NCBI GenBank assembly: GCA_021780815.1
Contig: JAJXYC010000020.1
Coordinates: forward strand, 5,046-69,045
DNA: 64,000 nucleotides
DNA from: Bacteroidota bacterium
GTDB lineage: Bacteria; Bacteroidota; Ignavibacteria; Kapaibacteriales; UBA2268
Direction: 5' to 3'
Each line of letters opens with the position of its first letter. The stretch's first letter is position 1. Shown piece after piece: positions 35,381 to 47,170 of this stretch. The position numbers and the translations under genes were made by a program. The notes beneath the pieces are model-generated. The model had not been told where the DNA came from and made no database searches. It saw nothing but the letters and a program-made list of their open reading frames with translations.

Positions 35381-35400
35381 AGCAAAAAACTACAACAAAA

Positions 35401-35441
35401 AAGAGAGATTCCTTTCATTAGGAAGTCTCTCTTTTTTTTAA
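35401..35441. terminator. Bidirectional terminator between convergent genes
   Basis: aagagagattcc pairs with ggaagtctctctt, with one bulge, and is followed by a T-run. Confidence 0.6.
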
Positions 35442-35459
35442 TCAAACCAGATACAAAAT

Positions 35460-35819
35460 CTACTTCTTGCCGTAGTCTTTTTCCGCTTCTTTAATTACTT
35501 TTGCTTCAAAACCTAAATTCTTGATTAAGTTACAAATTTTTTCGGAATTAGTTTTTGTTTTGTCATAGTCCACATAAGTAATCTTTTCATCTAAATCAAC
35601 AAATGCAGATGAAATTCCTTCATGATTTTTCAGTTCCCTTTCGATCATATCTTTGTCATAAAAACTTTGGACATCAGATTTGATTTTGCAACTTATTGTT
35701 GTGTTGTCTTGTTTATTTTTTTCATCGGCTTTACTTTGGGTTGTTACTCCTGTAATAGCAAAAATTGCAAGAATTGCTATTGTAAAAATAGCGATTTGAG
35801 TTTTGGTTGTTTTTAACAT
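35460..35819 (-). CDS. Small membrane-anchored or secreted protein with a degenerate heavy-metal-associated-like domain
   Basis: 119 aa. N-terminal hydrophobic helix. A beta-alpha-beta-beta-alpha-beta-like C-terminus (ISCKIKS...ISSAFVDLDEKITYVDYD...ICNLIKNLGFEAKVI) that lacks the CXXC metal site. Confidence 0.4.
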   Translation of the reverse strand: MLKTTKTQIAIFTIAILAIFAITGVTTQSKADEKNKQDNTTISCKIKSDVQSFYDKDMIERELKNHEGISSAFVDLDEKITYVDYDKTKTNSEKICNLIKNLGFEAKVIKEAEKDYGKK

Positions 35820-35957
35820 TTCAATCCCCTAAAAAAATTGATTTAAATGTAAATACGATTTTTTTTCAAAAAGGTTTCTAAAAACATATAAATAAAGTTG
35901 AGAATTGGAAAATTTTTCATAAATTGTAAAAATAAAAAAAGTAAACTTGGTGGAAGT

Positions 35958-36968
35958 ATGAACAAATCATTACAATCTACTTTTATTTTAGTAGCATTTT
36001 ATTTGATTAGCAGTATGCCACTATTGTCACAGATGCTAAATTATACTATGACAACAGTTGGTCGTCATAACGATGAAGTGTTGGCGGTATTTGTCAATGA
36101 AGCTAACACTATGTTTGCGACAGGCTCTTTAGACGAAACGATAAAATTGTGGAGTTTGCCTGACGGAAAAGAATTAAATACTTTAAAGGGACATTTAGGT
36201 GCAGTGTATAATGTTTCTTTTTCAGGCAATGACAAGTTGTTAGCCAGTGGTTCAGAAGATATGACAGTCAGAATCTGGGACGTTGCCACAGGCAAAGAAT
36301 TAAAGGTTTTACGTGGTCATTCAGGACCTGTGATTGGTGTTTATTTTAGTCAAGATGATAATTCAGCATTAGTTGCCTCAACAAGTTTTGATAAAACTGT
36401 TAAGCTTTGGGATGTTGCATCTGGTACTGAAGTAAAAACTTTACGTGGACATACAGAAGCAACAAACAATGTTGCTTACAGCTATGACGGAAAAACAATT
36501 GCTTCTTGCAGCGATGACAGCACAATTAGAATTTGGTCAACAGATTTACACACTACCGCACCTTTGATGATTTTACGAGGACATCATGCTCCCGTATTAA
36601 CAGTTCTTTACAGCTTTGATAGCAAAAAATTAGCTTCAAGCGACGCTGATGGTATGGTTATTATCTGGGATGCAAAAACAGGCGAAATTTTACGCAAATT
36701 TAAAGCTCATAACGATATTACGCAAGATGTAGCTTTTGCCGCAGATAACAAAACTTTAGTTACCGGTAGCTTAGATCATCATGTTAAGTTATGGGATACT
36801 GACGGTCCCAATCTTTTAATGGATATGGATTTAGGTGTAGGTGTATGGAGTGTTGATTTAGTTTCAGATGCAAGTATCATTACCGTTGCTTGTGATGATG
36901 GAACTGTCCGACTCTTAAAAAGAAATGATAATACAAAGCCTGTTAAAACTAAAAAAGGCAGAAAATAA
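35958..36968 (+). CDS. Exported WD40-repeat beta-propeller protein
   Basis: The start at the ATG 35958 (MNKSLQSTFILVAFYLISSMPLLSQ) gives a signal-like N-terminus. At least six canonical repeats of the type LKGH....V.FS.D...LASGS.D.T(V/I)(R/K)(I/L)WD. Confidence 0.8.
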   Translation: MNKSLQSTFILVAFYLISSMPLLSQMLNYTMTTVGRHNDEVLAVFVNEANTMFATGSLDETIKLWSLPDGKELNTLKGHLGAVYNVSFSGNDKLLASGSEDMTVRIWDVATGKELKVLRGHSGPVIGVYFSQDDNSALVASTSFDKTVKLWDVASGTEVKTLRGHTEATNNVAYSYDGKTIASCSDDSTIRIWSTDLHTTAPLMILRGHHAPVLTVLYSFDSKKLASSDADGMVIIWDAKTGEILRKFKAHNDITQDVAFAADNKTLVTGSLDHHVKLWDTDGPNLLMDMDLGVGVWSVDLVSDASIITVACDDGTVRLLKRNDNTKPVKTKKGRK

Positions 36969-36979
36969 GGAGGTTTGAA

Positions 36980-37687
36980 ATGAAAAAATTTACAATTGTA
37001 TTTGCAGCAATTAGTATGCTATTTATAACAAATAATTTATATTCACAACTTGTAAAAACTGTTGTTTCTGTTGAAGGGGAAGTTTATGACGCAATAACAC
37101 ACAAACCACTTAGCCTTTATGTTGAAGTTGTAAATGCTGATGGGAAAAGAATTCAAAAAGTTCAAAGCAATTCGCAAGATGGTTCTTATTTTATTACTGG
37201 CTTAACTCCCGGTGGTAATTTTGAAATTAGAATTGCCGAATTAGATTATATGAAACAATATTTTCCTCTTTCTTTGCCGAATACTGATAAGTATATGGAG
37301 TATTCCAAAGATATTAATTTGATACCAAAAAAAGTTGGGACAAAAATTCTTATTCCAATTAAATTATTTGAATCAGGAAAAAGCAACTTAAAATACGGCT
37401 CTGATTTATTCTTGAAGGATTATGTTGATTTATTAAAATTAAATCCAACTGTTTCAGTGAAAATTATGTCTTTCGCAGATGAAAATAATAGTTCTAAAAA
37501 TCCAGACTTAACAAATCAAAGAAGTGCTGCAATTAAAGAGTTTTTAATACAAAATGGAATTGAAGGTAGAAGAATTACTACCGAAGGTATTTTAACTACT
37601 GACCCCGCTTTTCCACCACCATTGGGCAAAGCATCAAAAGGTAAAAAATATCTTGGGACAAACTATTTAGTTGTTGAAGGATTATAA
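36980..37687 (+). CDS. OmpA-family peptidoglycan-binding protein with an N-terminal CarboxypepD_reg-like domain
   Basis: 235 aa with a signal peptide. The N-terminal region VEGEVYDAITHKPL...DGSYFITGLTPGGNFEIRI is followed by an OmpA-like C-terminus (NQRSAAIKEFLIQNGI). Confidence 0.65.
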   Translation: MKKFTIVFAAISMLFITNNLYSQLVKTVVSVEGEVYDAITHKPLSLYVEVVNADGKRIQKVQSNSQDGSYFITGLTPGGNFEIRIAELDYMKQYFPLSLPNTDKYMEYSKDINLIPKKVGTKILIPIKLFESGKSNLKYGSDLFLKDYVDLLKLNPTVSVKIMSFADENNSSKNPDLTNQRSAAIKEFLIQNGIEGRRITTEGILTTDPAFPPPLGKASKGKKYLGTNYLVVEGL

Positions 37688-37719
37688 TAAAAATTATAAT
37701 AAAATATTGCGAGGATTTT

Positions 37720-38139
37720 ATGTCAAAAATAATTAATTATCTCACGTTTAATGGAAATTGCAGGGAAGCAATGGATTATTATGGTAATTGCTTTGGTGCG
37801 GTTTCACCTACTTATATGACTTTCGGAGAATCTCCAATGGCGGAACAAACACCAAAAGAGTTTCTTAATAATATTATGCATTCTAATTTAATAAAGGGCG
37901 ATTTAATTTTGTATGCCTCAGATACAATGCCTAATCAAGAAGTTACAGCAGGTACAATGATATCTTTAAGTGTAGATTGCAAAACAGAAGAAGAAATTAA
38001 TAATTACTACGATGCCTTTGCAAAAGAATCGAAAATTGTAATGCCTTTACAAAATACTTTTTGGGGTGCAAAATTTGCGATGATAGTAGATAAATTTGGT
38101 ATTCCTTGGATGTTTAATTACGACTTTCCAAAGAAGTAA
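37720..38139 (+). CDS. VOC/glyoxalase superfamily protein (PhnB-like)
   Basis: 139 aa. Contains YLTFNGNCREAMDYYGNCFG and FWGAKFAMIVDKFGIPWMFN, typical of the PhnB/3-demethylubiquinone methyltransferase-like family. Confidence 0.7.
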   Translation: MSKIINYLTFNGNCREAMDYYGNCFGAVSPTYMTFGESPMAEQTPKEFLNNIMHSNLIKGDLILYASDTMPNQEVTAGTMISLSVDCKTEEEINNYYDAFAKESKIVMPLQNTFWGAKFAMIVDKFGIPWMFNYDFPKK

Positions 38140-38160
38140 GCAATATGTTCTACTTACAAA

Positions 38161-38207
38161 CAAGACACATTATACTGATAATTCTGGATAATGTGTCTTG
38201 TGTTTTT
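38161..38207. terminator. Bidirectional terminator between the VOC gene and gyrB
   Basis: caagacacattat (38161-38173) pairs perfectly with ataatgtgtcttg (38188-38200), followed by tgttttt. Confidence 0.75.
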
Positions 38208-38218
38208 ATTTTGAAAAT

Positions 38219-40264
<2,046 letters not shown>

Positions 40265-40315
40265 TTACGAAAAAAAAGTGAAAGAGTATTGATTTTTAAA
40301 TAACTTAACAAAATT

Positions 40316-40591
40316 TTATCTTGAAATTATTTGTCTAATTGTATCTTTTCCAATTTTTTCATTTAACTTGTTGATTATTAACTCTTTATTTATTGATATT
40401 TCAAAAGCCCAAAGAGAGTTATCAGCTTTTAAATATAATTTTCCATTTTTAATACTTTTTACTTGAATGTTTTTAGAAATATTTTCACCTAAAATTTCTT
40501 TTAAAATTGCATTAATCTTTATTTTCAATATAACATCTTCACGCCCATTTTGTTGAAAGATTTGATTAATTATATTTTGCAAGCTGTTCAT
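40316..40591 (-). CDS. DUF721 (DciA-like) protein
   Basis: 91 aa in the conserved position between recF and gyrB. It overlaps the recF stop by 4 nt. Confidence 0.6.
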   Translation of the reverse strand: MNSLQNIINQIFQQNGREDVILKIKINAILKEILGENISKNIQVKSIKNGKLYLKADNSLWAFEISINKELIINKLNEKIGKDTIRQIISR

Positions 40592-41754
40592 AATTGGCTA
40601 TCCATTAGTTTCCCATAACGAACTGCAAAGTATTTTGCAATTGAATTTAATTGGGTATTAGGGTATAAAAATTTAGGTTCAGTTAAAGTTATAAATGTTT
40701 GAGCATTTTTTTTAATTAACTTATTTAAGACGAGTAAGATGCGGTTTTCATCTAATTCAGCGAATAAATCATCAAGCAAAACAACTGGTATTTCATTAGT
40801 AATAGAATGTAAAAATTCAAGTTCAGCAAATTTTAAAGCAATAAGCATTGATTTATGTTGCCCTTGTGAAGCTTGTTCTCTGGCGAGAGCATCGTTTAAA
40901 AGAATTTTGAGTTCATCTTTTTGCGGTCCAAACAGCGTTAATCCACGTTTTAATTCAACAGGTAGCAATTTTACCGATTTCCCAGCTAAAGATTTGAAGA
41001 CTTTCAAAAATAATTGGTTTTTATTATCTTCGTTTAGCAAATCTTGAAAATACTCTTCACAAGAATTTGGCTCATAAATTAAATCTACAATTTCTTCATT
41101 TTGTGTTATTTCAGAATAAATTCTTTTAAATAAAGGTGAAATTTCATTGACAAACTCAAACCTTTTTGTAATTATTTTTGTTGCTAAATCAATAAAAACA
41201 TTATTCCAACTTTCAAAAAAATTTTTATCAAAAGTATTAGTTCTTTGAAATTCAGAAAGGAGAGAGTTCCGTTGTTTCAAAGCTTTCTTGAAATTAATCA
41301 AATTTTCCAAATAAGATTTGGAAGATTGAGATAAAACTTTGTCAATAAATTCACGTCGATTTTCAGGTGAGCCCATTGTGATTTCTTTTAAATCGGGAGA
41401 AAGATGTACTAATGGAATGTTACCAATTATGTTTTTAGGAATTTGCTTCTCGGCGAAGGAATCGGAAATTTTTTTTCTTTGTCCTTTTTGATAAAACACT
41501 TCAATCTTATATTTAAAATCGAAATTATTGCTTGTTTCTGCTAAAACTTTGTAGTAATTTTCTCCATTTTGGATAAGTGCGGTATCAGTTGAATTTGTAA
41601 ATGATTTGGAAAAGGAAACTATTGATATTGCTTCAAGTATAGTTGTTTTTCCTGAGCCATTTGCACCATAAAAAATATTCAACTTTTCGTTAGGAATTAC
41701 TTCACTATCAATATGATTCCTAAGATGCTGTATTTTTAGTTTTTTTATTTGCAT
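40588..41754 (-). CDS. recF: DNA replication and repair protein RecF
   Basis: 388 aa. Walker A GANGSGKTTILEAI, an SMC-type signature region (SQGQHKS) and Walker B VVLLDDLFAELD. Confidence 0.9.
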   Translation of the reverse strand: MQIKKLKIQHLRNHIDSEVIPNEKLNIFYGANGSGKTTILEAISIVSFSKSFTNSTDTALIQNGENYYKVLAETSNNFDFKYKIEVFYQKGQRKKISDSFAEKQIPKNIIGNIPLVHLSPDLKEITMGSPENRREFIDKVLSQSSKSYLENLINFKKALKQRNSLLSEFQRTNTFDKNFFESWNNVFIDLATKIITKRFEFVNEISPLFKRIYSEITQNEEIVDLIYEPNSCEEYFQDLLNEDNKNQLFLKVFKSLAGKSVKLLPVELKRGLTLFGPQKDELKILLNDALAREQASQGQHKSMLIALKFAELEFLHSITNEIPVVLLDDLFAELDENRILLVLNKLIKKNAQTFITLTEPKFLYPNTQLNSIAKYFAVRYGKLMDSQL

Positions 41755-41882
41755 TTTTAAATTTATGGAATATGCAAATTACGAACTTCACTAATTAGTT
41801 TAGTCAATTGTGGAAATCTTTTTTATTTTGCTTTCAACTTGTATATTCATACTTAAATCCTTTAAATATTCAATTACATATT

Positions 41883-43850
41883 TTAATAATTAATTTCTAT
41901 TTGTAAAACTAAATTGTTAGAAGCATTAGAAAAAATTTCATCGTAACCAGAACCTAATGAAGAAACGTTGTTTTTTGCAGTATTGTAATATATTAAACTT
42001 AAGTCAAATAGATTAAATAATTTAGATGTTAGACCTACAATTATCCTTGAACCATCGAGATATGCAGGAAAAGAATAGAGTAAACCGTTTATAAAATATT
42101 CATATTGCCATATTGCAGATTCGTAACTATCGGTCAAATAATAAGAAAAACGGGTAAAAAGTTCATAAATTTTATATTTATATGAAACTTCCACAAATGA
42201 TGCAAGTCCAACTTCATCAGAAATTACATTCATATTATTCAGATAACAAGTTTCCAATCGGAAGCGTGTATTAAAGTTATGAAAAGAATATTGAAACTCG
42301 TTTCTTAAATTAATTTTTTGTTGTTGATAAATATGAGGATTATTATTAATATTTTTACTGTTTGTTTTATTTTCATAAAATAATCTTAAAGAATAAGTTG
42401 AATTTTTAGTAATTTTCAAATCATATTGTGAAAAGATTGACCCACCATAAACAATACTATTGACAGAATAAGTAGGCGAATAAGTTTTGAAAAAATCTAT
42501 ATAAGTAGAAAGAGTTTTTACTTTGCTTATATTATATTTTAAACCTGTATAAAGTCCTAATTCATTTGCAGGATAAGAAAATTCGCCGAAAATACGTCCG
42601 AAAGGTGATTTAAAATGAGCATCAAAAGAACGCAGATGAAATGTTAATGAGTAATTACCGAAATTAAATACAGCGCCGAATTTTCCTCCTATTTTATTAT
42701 TAGCATCTAGGCTCAATTCTGACCCAATAGAAATAAGAGTATCAAGATAACGAATAAAGGCAGTTTTTAAAAAACCTGTTTGCCCATAAAAAGCAGAAGA
42801 TGATGAGCTAAGTATTGGGTATTGATAATTTAGCGACAAAAAACCTATTCCTGTAAAAATCTTTTCATTTTGAAAACTAAAACTACTACTATAAGATTCC
42901 TCTCGAAGAGAATTCTTTTTGGTAATTTCATTTTTTGTTCTATAAAGCCCCATCGTATAAAAAGAAGTAGCAATTTGATTAGACGAATCAATTGTTGCGG
43001 CTCTATTAGCACGAGAAAAGAAACTTGAAATTAACAATTTTGATTTACTTGTTAAATTAATAGAATAATCCCCGGCAATACCTCTAAATAAAGAGTAATC
43101 CAACGTTGAACGATTAGGGGCAGCACCTTTTCCAAATTTAACAGTAGGGGAGAGAACATCAATGCCTTTTCTTTCAGGGAATTCTCTCCACAAAATGTTT
43201 CCCATTCCCAATTCATAAACAAAATCCCCGAATATCAAATTTAAATTATTGGTTTTGTAATTTATAAATCCTGAATAAAAGTCAAAATTGTTAACTTCAC
43301 CAGCATCTTTATCTAAAATTAAACCAAAGTTGTATAAATTATAAGTAAAATATGTTTTAGACGAGTAATCCAATTTGCTACCTAAAAATTTTCCGTTCTC
43401 AAACCCATCAATATTATCAAAACTAATATCTGTCCGAAATCTTGATGTTAAATGTGTTTGAGTAGAAAATTGATTTTTATCAATGTATGAGCAATAAGAA
43501 AGAATAAAACTTTGTTCGTTTGTTAAATCAAGTTCTTTGCTTAATTTTGAAATTGTTGTATTTGGATTTTTTTGAACATATTCAAGGATTCTTTTCGCAA
43601 CAACAGGCTCAAAGTTTGGGAAATCAGCAATTTCATTTACTTGTGCGAAAAATAAATTTAATTTATTATCTCGCCGATAAAGTAAATATTCAATCTGAGA
43701 TTCTGAATAAGAACTTTGGTCTGAATTTTCAAATAGTTTTTCTATTTGTATATCTTTTTCAAATTCACTATTTGTCTGTGCTAATAAATTTGAAAACACT
43801 GATATAAAGAATAAAAAAAAATAAAACAACTTTTGTATTAAATTTGTCAT
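41883..43850 (-). CDS. Hypothetical outer-membrane protein with an N-terminal helix-hairpin-helix-like segment
   Basis: 655 aa with a signal peptide. Contains an HhH-like EIADFPNFEPVVAKRILEY, then a long Tyr/Phe/Asn/Ser-rich strand-like body ending ...LVLQIEINY. Confidence 0.5.
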   Translation of the reverse strand: MTNLIQKLFYFFLFFISVFSNLLAQTNSEFEKDIQIEKLFENSDQSSYSESQIEYLLYRRDNKLNLFFAQVNEIADFPNFEPVVAKRILEYVQKNPNTTISKLSKELDLTNEQSFILSYCSYIDKNQFSTQTHLTSRFRTDISFDNIDGFENGKFLGSKLDYSSKTYFTYNLYNFGLILDKDAGEVNNFDFYSGFINYKTNNLNLIFGDFVYELGMGNILWREFPERKGIDVLSPTVKFGKGAAPNRSTLDYSLFRGIAGDYSINLTSKSKLLISSFFSRANRAATIDSSNQIATSFYTMGLYRTKNEITKKNSLREESYSSSFSFQNEKIFTGIGFLSLNYQYPILSSSSSAFYGQTGFLKTAFIRYLDTLISIGSELSLDANNKIGGKFGAVFNFGNYSLTFHLRSFDAHFKSPFGRIFGEFSYPANELGLYTGLKYNISKVKTLSTYIDFFKTYSPTYSVNSIVYGGSIFSQYDLKITKNSTYSLRLFYENKTNSKNINNNPHIYQQQKINLRNEFQYSFHNFNTRFRLETCYLNNMNVISDEVGLASFVEVSYKYKIYELFTRFSYYLTDSYESAIWQYEYFINGLLYSFPAYLDGSRIIVGLTSKLFNLFDLSLIYYNTAKNNVSSLGSGYDEIFSNASNNLVLQIEINY

Positions 43851-43860
43851 ATATATTTAA

Positions 43861-45864
43861 ATGAATATTTTTGCAAAATATAAGAATATCAAACAATTAC
43901 CAAAGTCAATACTTGTAAAAAAATTCTTGTATTTTTTTTACAATAAAGTAGATTCATTTTTCAAAAAGAATAAATTAAGTAAACTTGTTGCTCAATATCA
44001 AAATTACGAATTTCCTTTGATAAATTTAACTTACTTAAGTAAAAAAAATTTTATTCTTTTTGAAGACTTAAATAAATATCAAATAAATGGAAGTTACAGA
44101 GAAGAAATTATTAACCACAATTTCAATTTGTTTTGCTCAGGACTGACAAATTTTAACCGTAAAATTGACTATAATAATATTGAAAAAGAATTAAGAGCCA
44201 TACTACCAGAAAATTTTTTTGAACAAAGTAAAGAAATTATAAAGCAAATAAATAATCAAAGATATAAATTTATTGATTGGCAGAGAGATTTTAAGAGTAA
44301 CTATACGTGGAGTGAGAAAATACCAGCAAAAGAATTAAAATATGGAATCGGCAAAGGAGAAGAGGTGAAATTCCCTTGGGAATTAGGAAGGCTTTGCCAT
44401 TTAGTTGCATTAAGCTTATATTATAATAAAGATAATGTTAATAATGCGTCCTTTTTAGTCAATGAGTTTCAAAATCAAATATTTGATTTTATTGCATTTA
44501 ATCCTCCATTCTATGGTATCAATTGGAAATCCCCAATGGATATTTCCCTGCGCTCTTTGAACATTATTTTATCTTTAAATATTTTTTTGAAAAAAGGTGC
44601 TGAATTTAGTGATAATTTTATAAAAATTCTTTCAAATTACTTGTATCTATCTGCAACATATGTCTCTAAAAATATGGAATGGTCTGCAAGTTTGCGAAAT
44701 AATCATTATTTTGCAAATTTATTAGGTTTAATTTCTATTTCAGAGATTTTTGAAAATAATAATTTAATTAAAAAGATAAAAACCAAAGTAAATAAAAAAA
44801 TTATGAAAGAGATTGATTTTCAGTTTAATAATGATGGGAGCAACTTTGAAGGTTCAATTTCTTATCATTTATTTATGCTTGAAATGATTTACTTTGTTAT
44901 AGAATTTAACAAGACAAATTCTGATGTTATTAATAACTTTAAAATTAATAAATTGCTAATTTCAAAGTTTGAAAAAATTTTAAATTTTACATCAAATATT
45001 TTAATAGATAAAGAAAATATTCCGATTATTGGAGATAATGATTCAGGTAAAATCATATATTATAATAATATATACAATAATCTTAATAAAACAAATTATT
45101 ATAATTTAATATTAAACAACATAAATCATTTATTTAAAGATAGTTATAATATTAATTTAAAATATAATAAAAATTGCATTCCTCATAAATATATTGTTTA
45201 TAAGGATATAGGAATATTTAATTATAAAAATGACAAATATAATATTTATATTTCTTTAGGACGAAAGGCGCAGCTTGGTAAAGGTGGACATAATCATTTT
45301 GACAATACATCTTTTATTTTGTATGTTCATAATAGAGAAATTATTACTGACCCAGGAACTTATGTTTATACTAGCAATCCAGAAAAGCGAAATATTTTTA
45401 GAAGTTCGTCCTCTCATAATCGTTTTTCTATCGATTGTCCTCAAAATTTATTAAGTAAAGATTTGAATAATTTGTTCTGGTTGTATGAAAAGCCGTCTAT
45501 TTATAAAATTATTGAAGAAAATGACTTTTTATCAATTGTTTTAACTTATTCATTAAACAACTTTAAAGTAAGTAGGATCTTTATATTCAGAAGCAATACA
45601 ATCCAAATAATTGATTCAGTCCCGAAAGGAATTGTAAATGGAAGAATTCATTTTCATTTTAACCCACAAATATTTCCTATAATCGATTCCGATGATAATA
45701 AAGTTCAAATAACTGATGAGATAGAGTTATATTTTGAAGATGCAAATAAAGCAACCAACTTTAATTACTTTTTTTCAGAGGAATATGGTTGTAAAACTAC
45801 TGCCAATAAAATTATTTTTCAAAATTTAAAACAAATAAATTCGTATTTAATAAAAATTAAATAA
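43861..45864 (+). CDS. Heparinase II/III-like family protein (polysaccharide-modifying)
   Basis: 667 aa. Contains WELGRLCHL and the C-terminal GGHNHFDNTSFILYVHNREIITDPGTY region, characteristic of the family. Very rich in Asn/Lys/Ile. Confidence 0.6.
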   Translation: MNIFAKYKNIKQLPKSILVKKFLYFFYNKVDSFFKKNKLSKLVAQYQNYEFPLINLTYLSKKNFILFEDLNKYQINGSYREEIINHNFNLFCSGLTNFNRKIDYNNIEKELRAILPENFFEQSKEIIKQINNQRYKFIDWQRDFKSNYTWSEKIPAKELKYGIGKGEEVKFPWELGRLCHLVALSLYYNKDNVNNASFLVNEFQNQIFDFIAFNPPFYGINWKSPMDISLRSLNIILSLNIFLKKGAEFSDNFIKILSNYLYLSATYVSKNMEWSASLRNNHYFANLLGLISISEIFENNNLIKKIKTKVNKKIMKEIDFQFNNDGSNFEGSISYHLFMLEMIYFVIEFNKTNSDVINNFKINKLLISKFEKILNFTSNILIDKENIPIIGDNDSGKIIYYNNIYNNLNKTNYYNLILNNINHLFKDSYNINLKYNKNCIPHKYIVYKDIGIFNYKNDKYNIYISLGRKAQLGKGGHNHFDNTSFILYVHNREIITDPGTYVYTSNPEKRNIFRSSSSHNRFSIDCPQNLLSKDLNNLFWLYEKPSIYKIIEENDFLSIVLTYSLNNFKVSRIFIFRSNTIQIIDSVPKGIVNGRIHFHFNPQIFPIIDSDDNKVQITDEIELYFEDANKATNFNYFFSEEYGCKTTANKIIFQNLKQINSYLIKIK

Positions 45865-45865
45865 T

Positions 45866-47170
45866 ATGTTTAAAATATCCGAACACCTTGATAAAATCTC
45901 CTGGACAGCCGCCGATAAAGTAATTTTTCTATTATATGGTTTTGTAAATTTAGTACAAATTAAATTTTTAGGTCCAAGCGAGTCCGGAAAGTTTACAATG
46001 TTATTAATGGTAAATACTTTTATTCTTGCAATAGGGGATTCTTTTGGTTTACAAACAATAATCCAATATACGGCTTATAAAGAGGAACGACCCAAAGTTT
46101 TAACTCTATCACTTTTGAATTTTGTTTCATTTGTGTTTCTTTCCTCTTTGATTGTTTGGTTATTCAAATATCAAGTGGCAACCTTAATGAAGGCACAATA
46201 TTTTGTAAATATTGCCGATTATTTGGTACTTTTATCAATGTCATTAATTTTTAGAGCATTTGCGCAAAAAATTATGTTTAGAGAATATAACTTTAAAGGA
46301 TTGTTTTTTAGTGATTTAATTTTTTTCGGATTTTTAACGGTCATAACTTTATATTTAATAATTTTCCAAAGATACTTAAATTGGGTTTTATTAACTCAGT
46401 CATATATATTTTCTGCTTTTTCTTCATCAATATTTTCTTTGTTTGTTGTGAGAAAATACTTAAAATTCTCATTTAACGGTACAATTAAAAATTTAGAATT
46501 AGTTAAATTTTCAGGACCTTTAGCAATAAGTTCGTTGTTATATAACATTCCAAGAACTATGGAAGTTTATATTATCAAATACTTTTTTTCAATAGAAATA
46601 GTTGGTATTTACTCTAGTGCAAAAACACTTTATCGGGTATTTGATGAAATTGGAAATGCTGTTTACGGGTTAATTTATCCTGTTGCAGCCAAGCTAATTA
46701 AATTGAATGATAAATTAAATTTAAAGAAATTAATGGAAAAATCTACTTCATTTTTATTTGTATTTATACTTGCGTTAGTTATTCCGCTGGAATTAGGTTT
46801 AACTGATTTAATAGTCAAAATCTTTTTGGGTGGAAAATTTTTAAAGGCAATTCCTTTCTTTAGGTTAATGTTAGTAGGTAGTTTAGCATATCCTTTGATA
46901 GCACAATCGCTTGTTTTAATTGCGGCAAATGATTTGTTTTACTCAATTAAATCTTTAATTGTTGCAAATTTAATTTTAGTTTGTTCATTAATTACAATTG
47001 GTTACACAAATCAAACATATTTAATTCCTTTGGGAGTAGTTTTCTTTAACTTAAGTAGTGGGTTATTTTATTATTTAAGAATAAAAAATAGATTTAATTT
47101 TGAATTTAAATCAATATTTTCTAGTATTCCGGATTCGTATAATTTTGCAAAATCTGTAATTAATAAGTAA
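45866..47170 (+). CDS. Polysaccharide biosynthesis flippase (MOP/Wzx-like)
   Basis: 434 aa with about 12 TM helices. It is adjacent to polysaccharide genes. Confidence 0.6.
   Translation: MFKISEHLDKISWTAADKVIFLLYGFVNLVQIKFLGPSESGKFTMLLMVNTFILAIGDSFGLQTIIQYTAYKEERPKVLTLSLLNFVSFVFLSSLIVWLFKYQVATLMKAQYFVNIADYLVLLSMSLIFRAFAQKIMFREYNFKGLFFSDLIFFGFLTVITLYLIIFQRYLNWVLLTQSYIFSAFSSSIFSLFVVRKYLKFSFNGTIKNLELVKFSGPLAISSLLYNIPRTMEVYIIKYFFSIEIVGIYSSAKTLYRVFDEIGNAVYGLIYPVAAKLIKLNDKLNLKKLMEKSTSFLFVFILALVIPLELGLTDLIVKIFLGGKFLKAIPFFRLMLVGSLAYPLIAQSLVLIAANDLFYSIKSLIVANLILVCSLITIGYTNQTYLIPLGVVFFNLSSGLFYYLRIKNRFNFEFKSIFSSIPDSYNFAKSVINK

Noticed and set aside
40316-41754. recF-DUF721-gyrB as a marker of the replication origin region
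   Set aside because: dnaA and dnaN are not adjacent; the gene upstream of recF is an outer-membrane protein gene. I saw no DnaA-box cluster, so the origin cannot be placed in this window.
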